Below are positions 21,325 to 31,941 of a stretch of 64,000 nucleotides of DNA, in pieces. The position numbers and the translations under genes are program-made. Within the stretch, counting starts at the first letter, position 1, and every line of letters starts with the position of its first letter. Origin of the DNA: an uncultured bacterium (GTDB taxonomy: Bacteria > Oederibacteriota > PGYV01 > CAWJRG01); NCBI GenBank assembly GCA_963845185.1, contig CAWJRG010000009.1, forward strand, positions 512,001 through 576,000. The letters run 5' to 3'. The notes beneath the pieces are model-generated. The model ran no database searches, was not told the origin of the DNA, and was given only the letters and a program-made list of their open reading frames with translations.

Positions 21325-22152
21325 ATGAATAAAATATACAGTAAAACTTTAGGACCAAGAGAATCACAGCTTATTACCATGTTGTATGAATTAAATAAGC
21401 CGGTTTTTAAACTAAGCGACGTGAAAAAGGCCATGAATATCGGCGGAATACGGGCAGCAAACATTGTGAGCAGACTGAACGCAAAAGGCGTGGTATCGCG
21501 TGTTAAGCAGGGGCTTTACAGCATAGTGCCGTCTGAAATGGGCAGGGAAAAGACATACGCGCCTGACCCATCTATAACAGCAAGGGAAATCATGGGCAAT
21601 AAGGAATACTATATTTCCTTCGCGTCTGCGCTGCAGATACACGACATGACCACGCAGCCGCAACTGATAAATTACGTGTCGGTTAAAAATATGATGAGGC
21701 CGGTTACAGCAGCAGGGAATAAATACAGGTTTATATTCACAAAGAAAGAATATTTTTTCGGCCTGGAGGATTTCTGGGTTACAAAACAGGAAAAAGTTAA
21801 AGTAAGCAGCCCGGAAAAAACAATAATAGATTGCCTGCATTTTCCAAAATACTGCGGAGGAATCACCGAGGCGGCAAAGGCCATGTACATGAAAAGGGAC
21901 AGCCTGAAGAAAGACCTGCTTATTGAATACGCGAAGAAAATGGGGACAGGCAGCGTGCGGGCCAGGCTCGGTTACCTGATGGAACTCTATGAAATGGCCG
22001 GAGAAAAAGAAATTGAAACACTGAAAGAAAACCCCGGCGCTTCATACGTTTTGCTCGACCCCGCGCTCCCAAAAGAAGGAAAATACATGAACAGGTGGAT
22101 GCTGTTCCTGAACGTACCAGGGGAAGAACTGAAAAATATAGGGAGGACGTAA
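21325..22152 (+). CDS. abiEi: Type IV TA system AbiEi-family antitoxin / transcriptional regulator
   Basis: N-terminal wHTH (RVKQGLY), YISFASALQIH, SSPEKTIID, YCGG; ATG at 21325 after AAGAGG (the upstream TTG at 21277 is part of a TTGACA box). Confidence 0.85.
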   Translation: MNKIYSKTLGPRESQLITMLYELNKPVFKLSDVKKAMNIGGIRAANIVSRLNAKGVVSRVKQGLYSIVPSEMGREKTYAPDPSITAREIMGNKEYYISFASALQIHDMTTQPQLINYVSVKNMMRPVTAAGNKYRFIFTKKEYFFGLEDFWVTKQEKVKVSSPEKTIIDCLHFPKYCGGITEAAKAMYMKRDSLKKDLLIEYAKKMGTGSVRARLGYLMELYEMAGEKEIETLKENPGASYVLLDPALPKEGKYMNRWMLFLNVPGEELKNIGRT

Positions 22153-22153
22153 T

Positions 22154-22990
22154 TTGATACCGCAAAAAAATTTGTCGATGCTTGCAAACAGGCTCTTAAA
22201 GGAAAACGGCGGGCAGAGGATACAGGAACAAATCCTGGAACGGGATTACTGCGTTTCGTGGTTTCTCGCAGGGCTTGACAACAGCGATTTGAAAAACAAA
22301 CTCGTTTTCAAAGGCGGCACTGCGCTGAAAAAATGTTATTTTTTGGATTACAGGTTCTCGGAAGATATGGATTTCACCATGAAGGAGGATAATAATTTTG
22401 ACCAAATCAGGCAGGGGTTTAACCTGATATTTGAAAATGTTCAAAAAGCATCGGGCATAAGAATGGAATTTTCCAGGCCCGACCCGGATTCCCACCGGAA
22501 CAGCCATACTTTTTATATTTTTTACGACGGGCCGCTTCCAAAAACAAAACCGAGAGAGCTGAAAACAGACATCACTATAAAGGAAAAAATTATTACACCC
22601 GTGGAAACAAGGCAATTGCTCTCATACGGCGAATATGAGGACATGCCGAAAGCAAGCGTAATTTCCTACAGCCTTGAAGAAATAGCAGTTGAAAAAATAT
22701 GCGCGCTTTTTGACAAGGCGAGAAATGAACCCCGCGACCTTTACGACATCTGGTATTTGCTTAAAGACAGGCATATTGAATCCGGCGATTTGAAAAGCGG
22801 TGTCGAAGCAAAAATGAAATTTAAGGAAAAGGATTTTATTGCCGGCGGAAAAGAATTTATAGAAAAAGAGGCAAGATTGAGGAAATTATGGGAAAAGAGG
22901 CTCGCCGTACAGACGGCAAATATGCCGATGTTTGACGAGGTTTACAGGCTGGTTAAAAGAGAACTGAAAAAAGCATCATTGATTGAATGA
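22154..22990 (+). CDS. abiEii: Type IV TA system AbiEii/AbiGii nucleotidyltransferase toxin
   Basis: ERDY, FKGGTALKK, RFSEDMDF, EK..A, RDLYD. Confidence 0.92.
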   Translation: MIPQKNLSMLANRLLKENGGQRIQEQILERDYCVSWFLAGLDNSDLKNKLVFKGGTALKKCYFLDYRFSEDMDFTMKEDNNFDQIRQGFNLIFENVQKASGIRMEFSRPDPDSHRNSHTFYIFYDGPLPKTKPRELKTDITIKEKIITPVETRQLLSYGEYEDMPKASVISYSLEEIAVEKICALFDKARNEPRDLYDIWYLLKDRHIESGDLKSGVEAKMKFKEKDFIAGGKEFIEKEARLRKLWEKRLAVQTANMPMFDEVYRLVKRELKKASLIE

Positions 22991-23033
22991 AAACAACAGG
23001 TTAAAATAGTTACAAATTTTCGGGAGATAAAGA

Positions 23034-26000
23034 ATGAAAGCATTTTTTGAGTCTGAAATTGAGAGTTTTTGCATAGATGAACTGAAAAAAATAAAGTATT
23101 CCTACATACCCGGGCCGATGATCGCGCCGGATACGGTTGAAACGGAAGAATTGCCTCTAGTTGCCGAAGAGCACGCTGATTACGGTTTAGCGAAAAGGCG
23201 GAGCTATGAGGACGTCATCCTCTTTGACCAGCTTGAAAAAGCCGTCGAGAAAATCAATCCCACTATACCCGCAAGCGCCATGGAAGAGGCGATAAAAGCA
23301 GTCCGCACAATCTACTCGCCGCAGCTAATAGATGCCAATGAAAAATTCCATAAAATGCTCACTGAAGGCGTTCCTGTCAGCGTCAATAAAGACGGACAGG
23401 AACGGGGGGAAACTGTATGGCTCCTCGACTTTAACAAACCGGAAACCAACACTTTTTACGCCATAAACCAGTTTACCGTAATGGAAAAAAACCAGACAAA
23501 AAGGCCCGATATCATCCTTTTTATAAACGGTCTGCCGCTTGTTGTCATGGAGCTGAAAAACCCGGGCGATGAAAACGCCACGGTCAGGAAAGCATTTGAC
23601 CAGATACAGACATATAAAGCTGTTATTCCTTCACTGTTCTTTTATAACACCGTATGCGTAATAACGGACGGGCTTGAAGCAAGGGCAGGCACCATATCCT
23701 CGCCTTATTCGCGTTTCCTCGCGTGGAAAAGCGCTGACGGCAAAAAAGAAGCGCCGTCCGTGACAGGCCAGATAGAAGTCATGTTAAAAGGCATGCTTAA
23801 CCCGAAAACTTTGCTTGACTTAATAAGAAACTTCATAGTTTTTGAGAAAGAAGAAAAGATAGACAAAAAAACAGGGCTGAAACAAATAGAAACCGTGAAA
23901 AAAGCCGCACAATATCACCAGTATTACGCTGTTAATAAAGCAGTGGAACGGACAATACAGGCGAGGAAAAAGGGCGGCAGAAAAGCAGGCGTGGTATGGC
24001 ACACGCAGGGATCGGGCAAGAGCATATCAATGGTATTTTACGCCGGCAAGCTGATACACGAGATGAACAACCCGACAATCGTCGTTATCACTGACCGCAA
24101 CGATCTTGACAACCAGCTTTTTGATACGTTCGCGGCCTCGACCCAGCTATTGCGACAGGCGCCTGTGCAGGCTGAATCCAAAGAAGGATTAAAAACCCTT
24201 TTAAAAGAATCCAAGAAGAAAATCATATTCACGACAATACAGAAATTTTTTCCTGATGACGAAACCGGCGTTTACGGGGAACTGTCGGACAGCGATAATA
24301 TAATAGTGATTGCGGATGAGGCACACCGCACCCAGTACGGGCTTAACGCAAAAGTAGTTGATGTAAAGGATAAAAAGGGGAACGTCAAAGGCAAAAAAAT
24401 AACTTATGGTTTCGCCAAACACCTGCGCGACGCCATTCCAAACGCGACGTTTATAGGGTTTACAGGCACGCCCGTCGAAAAAGCCGATATAAATACGCCT
24501 GCTGTTTTCGGCGACTATATAGACGTTTACGATATCGCGCAGTCCGTGGACGACGGCGCGACAGTGAGGATATATTATGAAAGCAGGCTCGCAAAGGTTA
24601 ATATAACAAAAGAGGGCCGTAAACTTATAGAAGAGTTTGAGAAAGAGATGGACGAGGACGGGGCGACTGAATCGCAGAAAGCAAAGATAAAATGGACAAA
24701 ACTTGAATCCATAGTGGGGAACCCGGAGCGCGTAAAAAACCTTGCGAACGACATAATCCGGCATTATGAAGACAGGACAAAACTTATATAAGGCAAGGCA
24801 ATGATAGTGGCCATGAGCAGACGCATAGCAGTGGCGCTCTATGACGAAATAATAAAAATCAGGCCGCAGTGGCATTCGGAGGAATTAACAAAAGGGGCAA
24901 TTAAGGTTGTTATGACGTCTTCGTCGTCGGACAAACTTCAATATGACCCCGAAGACCCGGAAGGGCTCGTAATACCCGCTTATCACAGAACTGATAAAAA
25001 AGACAGGACTTTGCTCGCGGAAAGAATAAAAGACCCTGACGACCCTTTGAAAATTGTTATAGTAAGGGATATGTGGCTCACGGGTTTTGACGTGCCGTGC
25101 CTGCATACAATGTACATAGACAAGCTCATGAAAGGCCATACTTTAATGCAGGCAATAGCAAGGGTAAACAGGGTATTTAAAGACAAGCCCGGCGGGCTTA
25201 TTGTGGACTACATAGGCATAGGCAATGCCCTGAAAGAGGCCCTGTCGTTTTATTCCGGCGCAGGAGGCAAAGGCAGGCCGGCAGAGACGGAAGAAAAGGC
25301 CGTGGGAATGCTGCTGGAAAAAATCGAGGTTGTGAGGCAGATGTTTCACGGCATTAATATTAAAAAGTTTTTTACGTCCTCGACATCCGAAAAATTATCC
25401 ATCATATTGCAGGCCGAGGAGCATATTTTAGGGCTTGAAAAGGGCAAGGAGAGATTCATAAGGGAATCCACAATACTATCGAGAGTTTACGCTATAGCAG
25501 GAACAAATGAAACCGCGCTGGATTTGAGGGATGAGGTAGCTCTTTACCAGGCAATCAGGGCAAGGTTTCTTAAGTTCGAAGGCACAGATGAGGAGCAAAA
25601 AAACAGGAATTATGAATCGGCAATAAAGCAGATTATAAACGAGGCGGTCGAGTCAACCGAAGTAATGGATATATTTGAGGCTGCCGGGATAAAAAGGCCT
25701 GAAATATCCCTGCTGTCGGACGAATTTTTGCAGGAAGTAAAAGACATGCAGCATAAGAACCTGGCTTTTGAGCTTCTAAAAAAAATACTCAATGATGAAA
25801 TCAATGTCAGGGTAAAATTCAATATCACAGAAAGCAAAAGGCTGCTTGTAATGCTGGAAAACGCGATTAAAAAATACCAGAATAATTTACTTACAACAGC
25901 GGAAATAATAGAGGAAATGATAAAGATAGCCAAAGAAATAAAAGACATGGACGGGTGCGCTGAAAAACTTAATCTTTCAAAAGAGGAGTTTGCTTTTTAC

Positions 26001-26258
26001 TCTGCGCTCGAGACAAACGACAGCGCGGTCAAAGTACTCGGTGATGATACGCTCAGGACAATAGCGAGGGAAATAGCGGAAAAGGTGAGGCAGAACGCGA
26101 CAATAGACTGGACGATGAAAGAAAGCGCAAGGGCGAAGATAATGGTTCTCGTAAAGCGCACTTTGAATAAATACGGCTATCCGCCGGATAAACAGCAAAA
26201 GGCCGTGGATATAGTACTGAAGCAGGCTGAAGTCATGGCGGATTTCTGGACGAAATAA
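23034..26258 (+). pseudogene. hsdR: Type I restriction enzyme R subunit with in-frame nonsense codon
   Basis: RPD...[40 protein letters not shown] at 24789-24791 is followed in frame by [11 protein letters not shown]. Confidence 0.92.
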
Positions 26259-26276
26259 AATAAACAGGTAAAAGAA

Positions 26277-26975
26277 ATGAAAGAAAATAATCTAAAAAAA
26301 ATAACAAAGCCATCCTTGTGGGATGCCGGACATGCTGTAATAACCGGTATCCTGCCGCCTGTTGCCGCTCAGTTTTTTGGACTTATAGTTGCTCCACCAA
26401 TTTCAAAACGAAGAGATGAATTTTTAGCAGGATTATATGAAGACATAATGAAATTAAAAAAACAAATTAAAAGTTTCGACGAGAAGAAGCTGGAAAATAA
26501 CGAGCTATTTCAAACAATGGTATTTAATGCCGCGAGGATCGCCATTTCTACACACCAAAAAGAAAAAATTGAAGCGCTAAAAAATGCCGTTTTAAACTCT
26601 ATAATTGAGCCTGAAATTAATGAAAGCGTACAACTGCTTTTTTTAAACTATATTGATCGTTTGTTGCCGATTCATTTAATGTTACTCGATTTTTTTAAAA
26701 AACCGTATGACTATTGTCTGAATAAGAAAGTTGATATGCGCTTGCTTTCTAATGCTTCGATTTGGACTCTCTTAAATAAAGCTATTCCTGGCATTGAAAG
26801 ATCCTTGCTTATGCAAATAATTAATGATCTTTATAACTATGGCTTTATTACTGTCTCTGGTTCAAATATTGAAGCTGCGATAGAGCCATTTTTTAGAGCG
26901 ATTTATAACGAATGCACAACACCATTAGGAAATAGTTTTATTAAATTTATAACTTCCCCAATAAAAGAAAGTTAA
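26277..26975 (+). CDS. Hypothetical protein (AT-rich, follows hsdR)
   Basis: 232-aa ORF; no motif I can assign with confidence. Confidence 0.7.
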   Translation: MKENNLKKITKPSLWDAGHAVITGILPPVAAQFFGLIVAPPISKRRDEFLAGLYEDIMKLKKQIKSFDEKKLENNELFQTMVFNAARIAISTHQKEKIEALKNAVLNSIIEPEINESVQLLFLNYIDRLLPIHLMLLDFFKKPYDYCLNKKVDMRLLSNASIWTLLNKAIPGIERSLLMQIINDLYNYGFITVSGSNIEAAIEPFFRAIYNECTTPLGNSFIKFITSPIKES

Positions 26976-27067
26976 ATCAATACCTGCAATTTAGTAACGA
27001 AGTTTTTCGGCTTAATGGCGCTGCGCAATTCGGGGGATTCACTAACTTGTAGGCAAATAATTATTAT

Positions 27068-27189
27068 AAGCCCGGGCTTGACCTCCACTATTTTGTAGAG
27101 ATAACCCTCGGGGCTTTCTAGCTCTTAGACGCCCCTTAGGGGCGTCTCTACAACGACAAGAATGAGCGGCAGAAAGCCGCCGCTCTACA
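27068..27189. repeat. Cluster of short REP-like palindromes
   Basis: AAGCCCGGGCTT; AGACGCCCC-TTA-GGGGCGTCT-CTACA; GAGCGGC...GCCGCTC-TACA; GTAGAG at 27095. Confidence 0.6.
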
Positions 27190-27258
27190 ACAACAAATAA
27201 AGGCTGGAGCTCAAACGAACCACTATTATAAAAACGATTGATATGGCGTTGATGGGAT

Positions 27259-27287
27259 TTGGAAAACCAAAAATAATATGATATAAT
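27259..27287 (+). promoter_or_regulatory. Extended -10 sigma70 promoter, probably producing a leaderless mRNA
   Basis: TTGGAA-17-TATAAT with TG; ATG begins 7 nt after the -10 box; no SD. Confidence 0.55.
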
Positions 27288-27293
27288 TCTTGT

Positions 27294-30092
27294 ATGAAAA
27301 AAATATCAATCCTTATACTTGCAGCGGTTTTATTCGGCTTCACATACCTGCACCCTGCATATTATGACATCCGCCTGAATTCCCTTGGCTTTCTCCCGAC
27401 AGGCGACAAGAAAGCTTCCATTGACGTTTCCTGCACAACATTTAACCTGGTCAGGGCATCGGACGGCACAGCCGTCAGCACAGGCACAGTGAGCGGACCT
27501 TTTGCGGCAGCGGACAGCGGCGAGACAATATGGATCGCGGATTTTTCATCATACACAACGCCGGGCACTTATTTTTTAAGCGTCCCGGGAGTCGGGAACT
27601 CCATTGATTTTAATATTGCGGACGGCATTTATAACAACGCTTTTTACATGGCAATGAAGGCGCTTTATTTGGCCCGCTGCGGCACGGCAGTATCGTATAC
27701 ATATCCTGCGGACAGCAACACGTACGCGCACGGTTTATGCCATGACAACGACGCGTACCTTGACAATGTGGGAGGGCCGGCGGGCGCGACAAAAACCTCT
27801 AAGGAAGGATGGCACGACGCAGGCGATTATAACAAATACATTGTCGACGCAGGCGAGACGCTCGGCATGTTGTTCATCGGCTGGGAGCAGTTCCAGAATA
27901 AGATAAGCCAGATACCGTTAAACCTGCCGGTGACTGCTGCGGGATACCCTGAATACCTTGAGGAAATAAAATGGGAGACAGACTGGTTTTTGACCATGCA
28001 AACAGCAAACGGTGGGGTGTACGACAAAGTAAGCGAGGTTACTTTCTGCGGTTTTATCATGCCTGAGGCAAACACGGTCAACAGGTATTTCTGGGGATAC
28101 AATAACATCGGCACGGTTGAAACGGCAATATTCTGCGCAACAATGGCCATGGCATCAAGGATTTTTGCGCCTTATGACTCAGCGTATTCTACAACTTGCC
28201 TTAATGAGGCTAATGCAGCGTACAGCTACCTTATAAATAATCCGGTCGATACAGTGGCAAACGTTTCCGGCTGCGGCACAGGCAATGCCACAAGCAGCGA
28301 CCCGGAACAGGCCAGGCTGTGGGCAGCGGCAGAGATGTGGGAGACCACAGGGAACAGCGCAATGCTGACGGATTTTGAGACAAGGGCAGCCAGCTACGCT
28401 CCAAACTACGTTGACGTTGATTTTGACTGGGAAGGCGACAAAAACCTGGGCATGTACACATACGCGCTGTCAGCCAAAGCAGGCAGGAACCCTGCGCTGC
28501 TCGCCGCCATACAAAACAACATCATATACGACGCAAACAGCATAACAACAACGACAGCAAGCCATCCTTACGGACGGCCGCTCGGCACGAATTATTACTG
28601 GGGCTGCAACGGCAGCAACGCAAGGACCTCGATGCTGCTGCAGATAGCAAACCAGCTGTCGCCCAGCACAAATTATATCAACGGAGTGATTGACGCAGTT
28701 TCGTATTTATACGGAAGGAACACGCACGACAGGTCGTATGTGACAGGGGTAGGGATTTACGCGCCCATGAACCCGCACCACAGGCCGTCAGGTTCAGACG
28801 GAATAGTAAACCCCTGGCCCGGGTACCTTGTCGGAGGCTCAGCAGGCAATAACCAGCAGGACCCGGTATTGACGCTTACGCCGACAGGATTGCCGCCGGC
28901 TGAATACTGGGCGGACCAGCAAAATTCCTGGTCGTCGAATGAAGTATGCCTGAACTGGCAGGGCGCCCTTGTGTACGCGCTCAGCGGGTGCATAGGGAAC
29001 GCAGGCCCCAGTCCTACGCCCACGCCTGCTGCAGTGCCTGCCTCATGCGGCACAGGCATAACAATAGACGGAAACCTGAACGACGCGGCATGGCAGACAG
29101 GCGACTGGGCGTCGTTTAACAGGCTTGTGTCGGGCTTGGACCCAAACGGCACGAGCGCGAAGTTCAAGGTGAGATGGGACAACAACTACCTTTATGTAGC
29201 TGTCGCGGTTTCGACAAGCTCACCGCATAATGACTCGGTAAATTATTTCGACGACGACTCGGTCGAGATATACCTTGATATGTTTCACGACAAGTCAGCG
29301 GCATATAACCCGGGAGCCTTGAATGATTTTGAGTTTTCCATGCGGTATAACGACCAGACAATAAGGGGGCAATATACCACGGGCGTGCTGGGGCACACGG
29401 CCGCTACGCCTGACGGCTACGCAGTGGAGATGGCGTTTCCGTGGACAACGCTGAACGCCACGCCTTTGGCCGGAGCAATTTACGGTTTTGATGTGGGAAT
29501 AAACGTAAATCCAAACGGAGGCACGCCGCGCGACGGGGTGCTCATGTGGCACGGGGACTCAAACAACTGGCAAGACACAAGCAAATTCGGCGATATGCAG
29601 CTGGGCCTGGCATGCGGTTCATCGCCTACTTATACAATATCACCTACAGCCACGCAAACAGTGAGTGCCACGTGCACCGTGCCAGGCGCCACGTTAACTG
29701 CAACTGCTTTTGAAACAAATACTTTAACGCCGACGCCTGCAATCACGGCTACGCCAACCAGTGTGACTTCCGGGAACCTGGAGATTGGCCCGATAAAGCC
29801 ATATCCAAACCCGTACAATCCTGCGTTAGAGCCTTTAAAAATCCGGGTTAACATGACCCCCACTGATATAGACAGCATAAAGCTGGAGATATATACAATG
29901 GCATACAGGCTAATAAAGGAAAAGACATTTGAGGGCACGGAAATGGAACAAGTCGGGGACGGGGTTATTTTAACCTGTGAAAATAATGAACTCAGCGGAC
30001 TCAGCTCAGGGACATATTATTATTTTGTAGTTGCTGAAAAAGACGGAGCCAAGGCAAGATCCAGGGCAGACACGATTATCATATTAAGATAG
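27294..30092 (+). CDS. Secreted GH9 + CBM9-like sugar-binding domain + short Thr linker + YPNP tail
   Basis: GWHDAGDYNKY, YYWGCN, PHHR, PGYLVGG, NEVCLNW; IDGNLND..W, WDNNYLYV, DDSVEIYLD, YAVEMAFPW. Confidence 0.92.
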   Translation: MKKISILILAAVLFGFTYLHPAYYDIRLNSLGFLPTGDKKASIDVSCTTFNLVRASDGTAVSTGTVSGPFAAADSGETIWIADFSSYTTPGTYFLSVPGVGNSIDFNIADGIYNNAFYMAMKALYLARCGTAVSYTYPADSNTYAHGLCHDNDAYLDNVGGPAGATKTSKEGWHDAGDYNKYIVDAGETLGMLFIGWEQFQNKISQIPLNLPVTAAGYPEYLEEIKWETDWFLTMQTANGGVYDKVSEVTFCGFIMPEANTVNRYFWGYNNIGTVETAIFCATMAMASRIFAPYDSAYSTTCLNEANAAYSYLINNPVDTVANVSGCGTGNATSSDPEQARLWAAAEMWETTGNSAMLTDFETRAASYAPNYVDVDFDWEGDKNLGMYTYALSAKAGRNPALLAAIQNNIIYDANSITTTTASHPYGRPLGTNYYWGCNGSNARTSMLLQIANQLSPSTNYINGVIDAVSYLYGRNTHDRSYVTGVGIYAPMNPHHRPSGSDGIVNPWPGYLVGGSAGNNQQDPVLTLTPTGLPPAEYWADQQNSWSSNEVCLNWQGALVYALSGCIGNAGPSPTPTPAAVPASCGTGITIDGNLNDAAWQTGDWASFNRLVSGLDPNGTSAKFKVRWDNNYLYVAVAVSTSSPHNDSVNYFDDDSVEIYLDMFHDKSAAYNPGALNDFEFSMRYNDQTIRGQYTTGVLGHTAATPDGYAVEMAFPWTTLNATPLAGAIYGFDVGINVNPNGGTPRDGVLMWHGDSNNWQDTSKFGDMQLGLACGSSPTYTISPTATQTVSATCTVPGATLTATAFETNTLTPTPAITATPTSVTSGNLEIGPIKPYPNPYNPALEPLKIRVNMTPTDIDSIKLEIYTMAYRLIKEKTFEGTEMEQVGDGVILTCENNELSGLSSGTYYYFVVAEKDGAKARSRADTIIILR

Positions 30093-30178
30093 TTTAAAAA
30101 ATTTGAAAATCCCGGAAAAGGAGCTTATTATTTTATCGCTCTTTTTCACTTTCTCATATTGAATTTGTATTTTATATC

Positions 30179-30207
30179 TTGAAACTTTTAATAGTTTGTG
30201 GTATACT
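30179..30207 (+). promoter_or_regulatory. Sigma70-type promoter for GH5 and the stalk gene
   Basis: TTGAAA-17-TATACT with TG extension. Confidence 0.6.
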
Positions 30208-30296
30208 TTAGCCAGATATTAATAAAAACGCTTTCGCTTGGTGATTTAAACGGTGAATTAGAAAAGTAAAATGCAATCAAAGTCCAGGGGCGTGTT

Positions 30297-31940
30297 ATGG
30301 CAACAAAGAAAACTTCAGTACCAATAAATTCAAATATTATTCCAATTATATTATTCTGTTTATTCTTATCAATTTCATCTTACCTGTCCGCAGCACCGGC
30401 CCAGCTCCAGATTTCAGGGACTCATTTTGTCACTGTAAGCAACGGCTGCCAGATGAGACTGGTGGGCGTTGATGTGGACGCTTTGGAATGGTCTCCAAAC
30501 GGTTATGGACCGCCGAGCGGGGCAAACGGCGACATGACGCAATCTGTTACCGCTGCAGTAAACACCTGGAAAGCGAATATTGTGAGAATACCGGTAAGCC
30601 AGGATTTCTGGTTCGGTTACGGCAATTCGCACGGTACGCCGACAAGCGCGGCAGCATACAGGACCCTGGTCGATAATGTAGTGACAGCCGCGTCAAATCT
30701 TAATTGCTATGTTGAGCTGGATTTACACTGGTCAGGTACCGGAACGTGGGGAACTGCAGCGCAGCAGGACAGCATGCCCGACAACAATTCCATAGCATTC
30801 TGGCAGGATGCAGCAACAAGGTACGCGAATAACCCGGCTGTAATGTTCGACCTGTATAATGAGCCATTTCCAACCGCATGGAGTACATGGAAGAATGGTG
30901 GGACAAGTAACGAGGGTTTCACTTGCCCGGGATTCCAAACACTGGTTCAGACTGTGCGGGATAAAGGCGCGAAAAATGTAATTATGGTCGGCGGCCTTGG
31001 ATATTCATGGGACATGACAGGAATTTCAAGCAATGCTTTAACCGATAAAAACACAGGCAACACCTTAACCGGTTACGGCATAGCGTATGAAGCCCACATA
31101 TACGACAATAAAGGTGGAACAACCGAGTCTGATAAAATAAATTTATGGAACACAAACGTAACTGTAGCGATAACAGCAGGGTATTGCGTAATAATATCGG
31201 AATTTGGGGCAGCCAGCGGCGAGGACAACAGCGGTTGCACGCCTTTTGAGTCTGACCTCATTTCATGGATAAACGGAAACAACACTGATAGTTACGTATA
31301 CAGCGCAATGGCATGGGACTTTAATACGCAGGCAGCACCGTGCCTTATATCGGATTGGAACTTTACAGCTACAACGTGTCATGGAGCACAGGTGAAAAGC
31401 TGGCTGGCAGCGGTGACGCCTCCGAACTGCGGCGGCGGCTCCACCCCAACAAACACACCCATTTTAACGCGTACTTTCACGCCTACTTTCACACGCACAC
31501 CAATGCCTACCAGCACCATAACTTTCACGCCCACGCCCATGCCTGCAATGTCGCTGACAAAAACCGTAAATAAAGCTTCTCTTACGCTTGGAGACACGGT
31601 CACATTTACGCTTTCTTACCAGAATACAGGTTCTGTTGCAGCACCTAATGTGCCGTTATGGGACACCATACCGGGCTGTGTTTCGTATATAGGCAGCAAT
31701 CCTGCCGCGACGCAGAATGGGAGCCTGCTCAGCTGGAACCTGGGAAACATTAATTCGGGGAGCAACGGAAGCGTAACATGGTGGGGCGTGGTCACCTGCT
31801 ATTCATATAACCCGCTTTTTAACAAAATGTTTTATTTTGCTTATTATGACAAAAAGTTTTTTACGCACATATACAATTATTATTATGACTTTGCATGGGC
31901 TGACGGCCCGTATAAAAAGAAATTGCAGGAGATGGAGTAA
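30297..31940 (+). CDS. Secreted GH5 glycoside hydrolase + Thr/Pro linker + C-terminally incomplete DUF11-like domain + aromatic tail; no YPNP tail
   Basis: NIVRIP, DLHW, FDLYNEP, AHIY, ISEFG, AWDF; LTKTVNK...GDTVTFTLSYQNTG...WDTIP...LSWNLG. Confidence 0.92.
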   Translation: MATKKTSVPINSNIIPIILFCLFLSISSYLSAAPAQLQISGTHFVTVSNGCQMRLVGVDVDALEWSPNGYGPPSGANGDMTQSVTAAVNTWKANIVRIPVSQDFWFGYGNSHGTPTSAAAYRTLVDNVVTAASNLNCYVELDLHWSGTGTWGTAAQQDSMPDNNSIAFWQDAATRYANNPAVMFDLYNEPFPTAWSTWKNGGTSNEGFTCPGFQTLVQTVRDKGAKNVIMVGGLGYSWDMTGISSNALTDKNTGNTLTGYGIAYEAHIYDNKGGTTESDKINLWNTNVTVAITAGYCVIISEFGAASGEDNSGCTPFESDLISWINGNNTDSYVYSAMAWDFNTQAAPCLISDWNFTATTCHGAQVKSWLAAVTPPNCGGGSTPTNTPILTRTFTPTFTRTPMPTSTITFTPTPMPAMSLTKTVNKASLTLGDTVTFTLSYQNTGSVAAPNVPLWDTIPGCVSYIGSNPAATQNGSLLSWNLGNINSGSNGSVTWWGVVTCYSYNPLFNKMFYFAYYDKKFFTHIYNYYYDFAWADGPYKKKLQEME

Positions 31941-31941
31941 A

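Noticed and set aside
24789..24791. Stop-codon reassignment or readthrough in hsdR
   Set aside because: TAA terminates many normal genes in this window; a point mutation or error is simpler
31837..31941. Frameshift fusion of GH5 with the stalk gene, or the TTG start at 31837
   Set aside because: The downstream gene has its own SD, ATG (31942) and signal peptide
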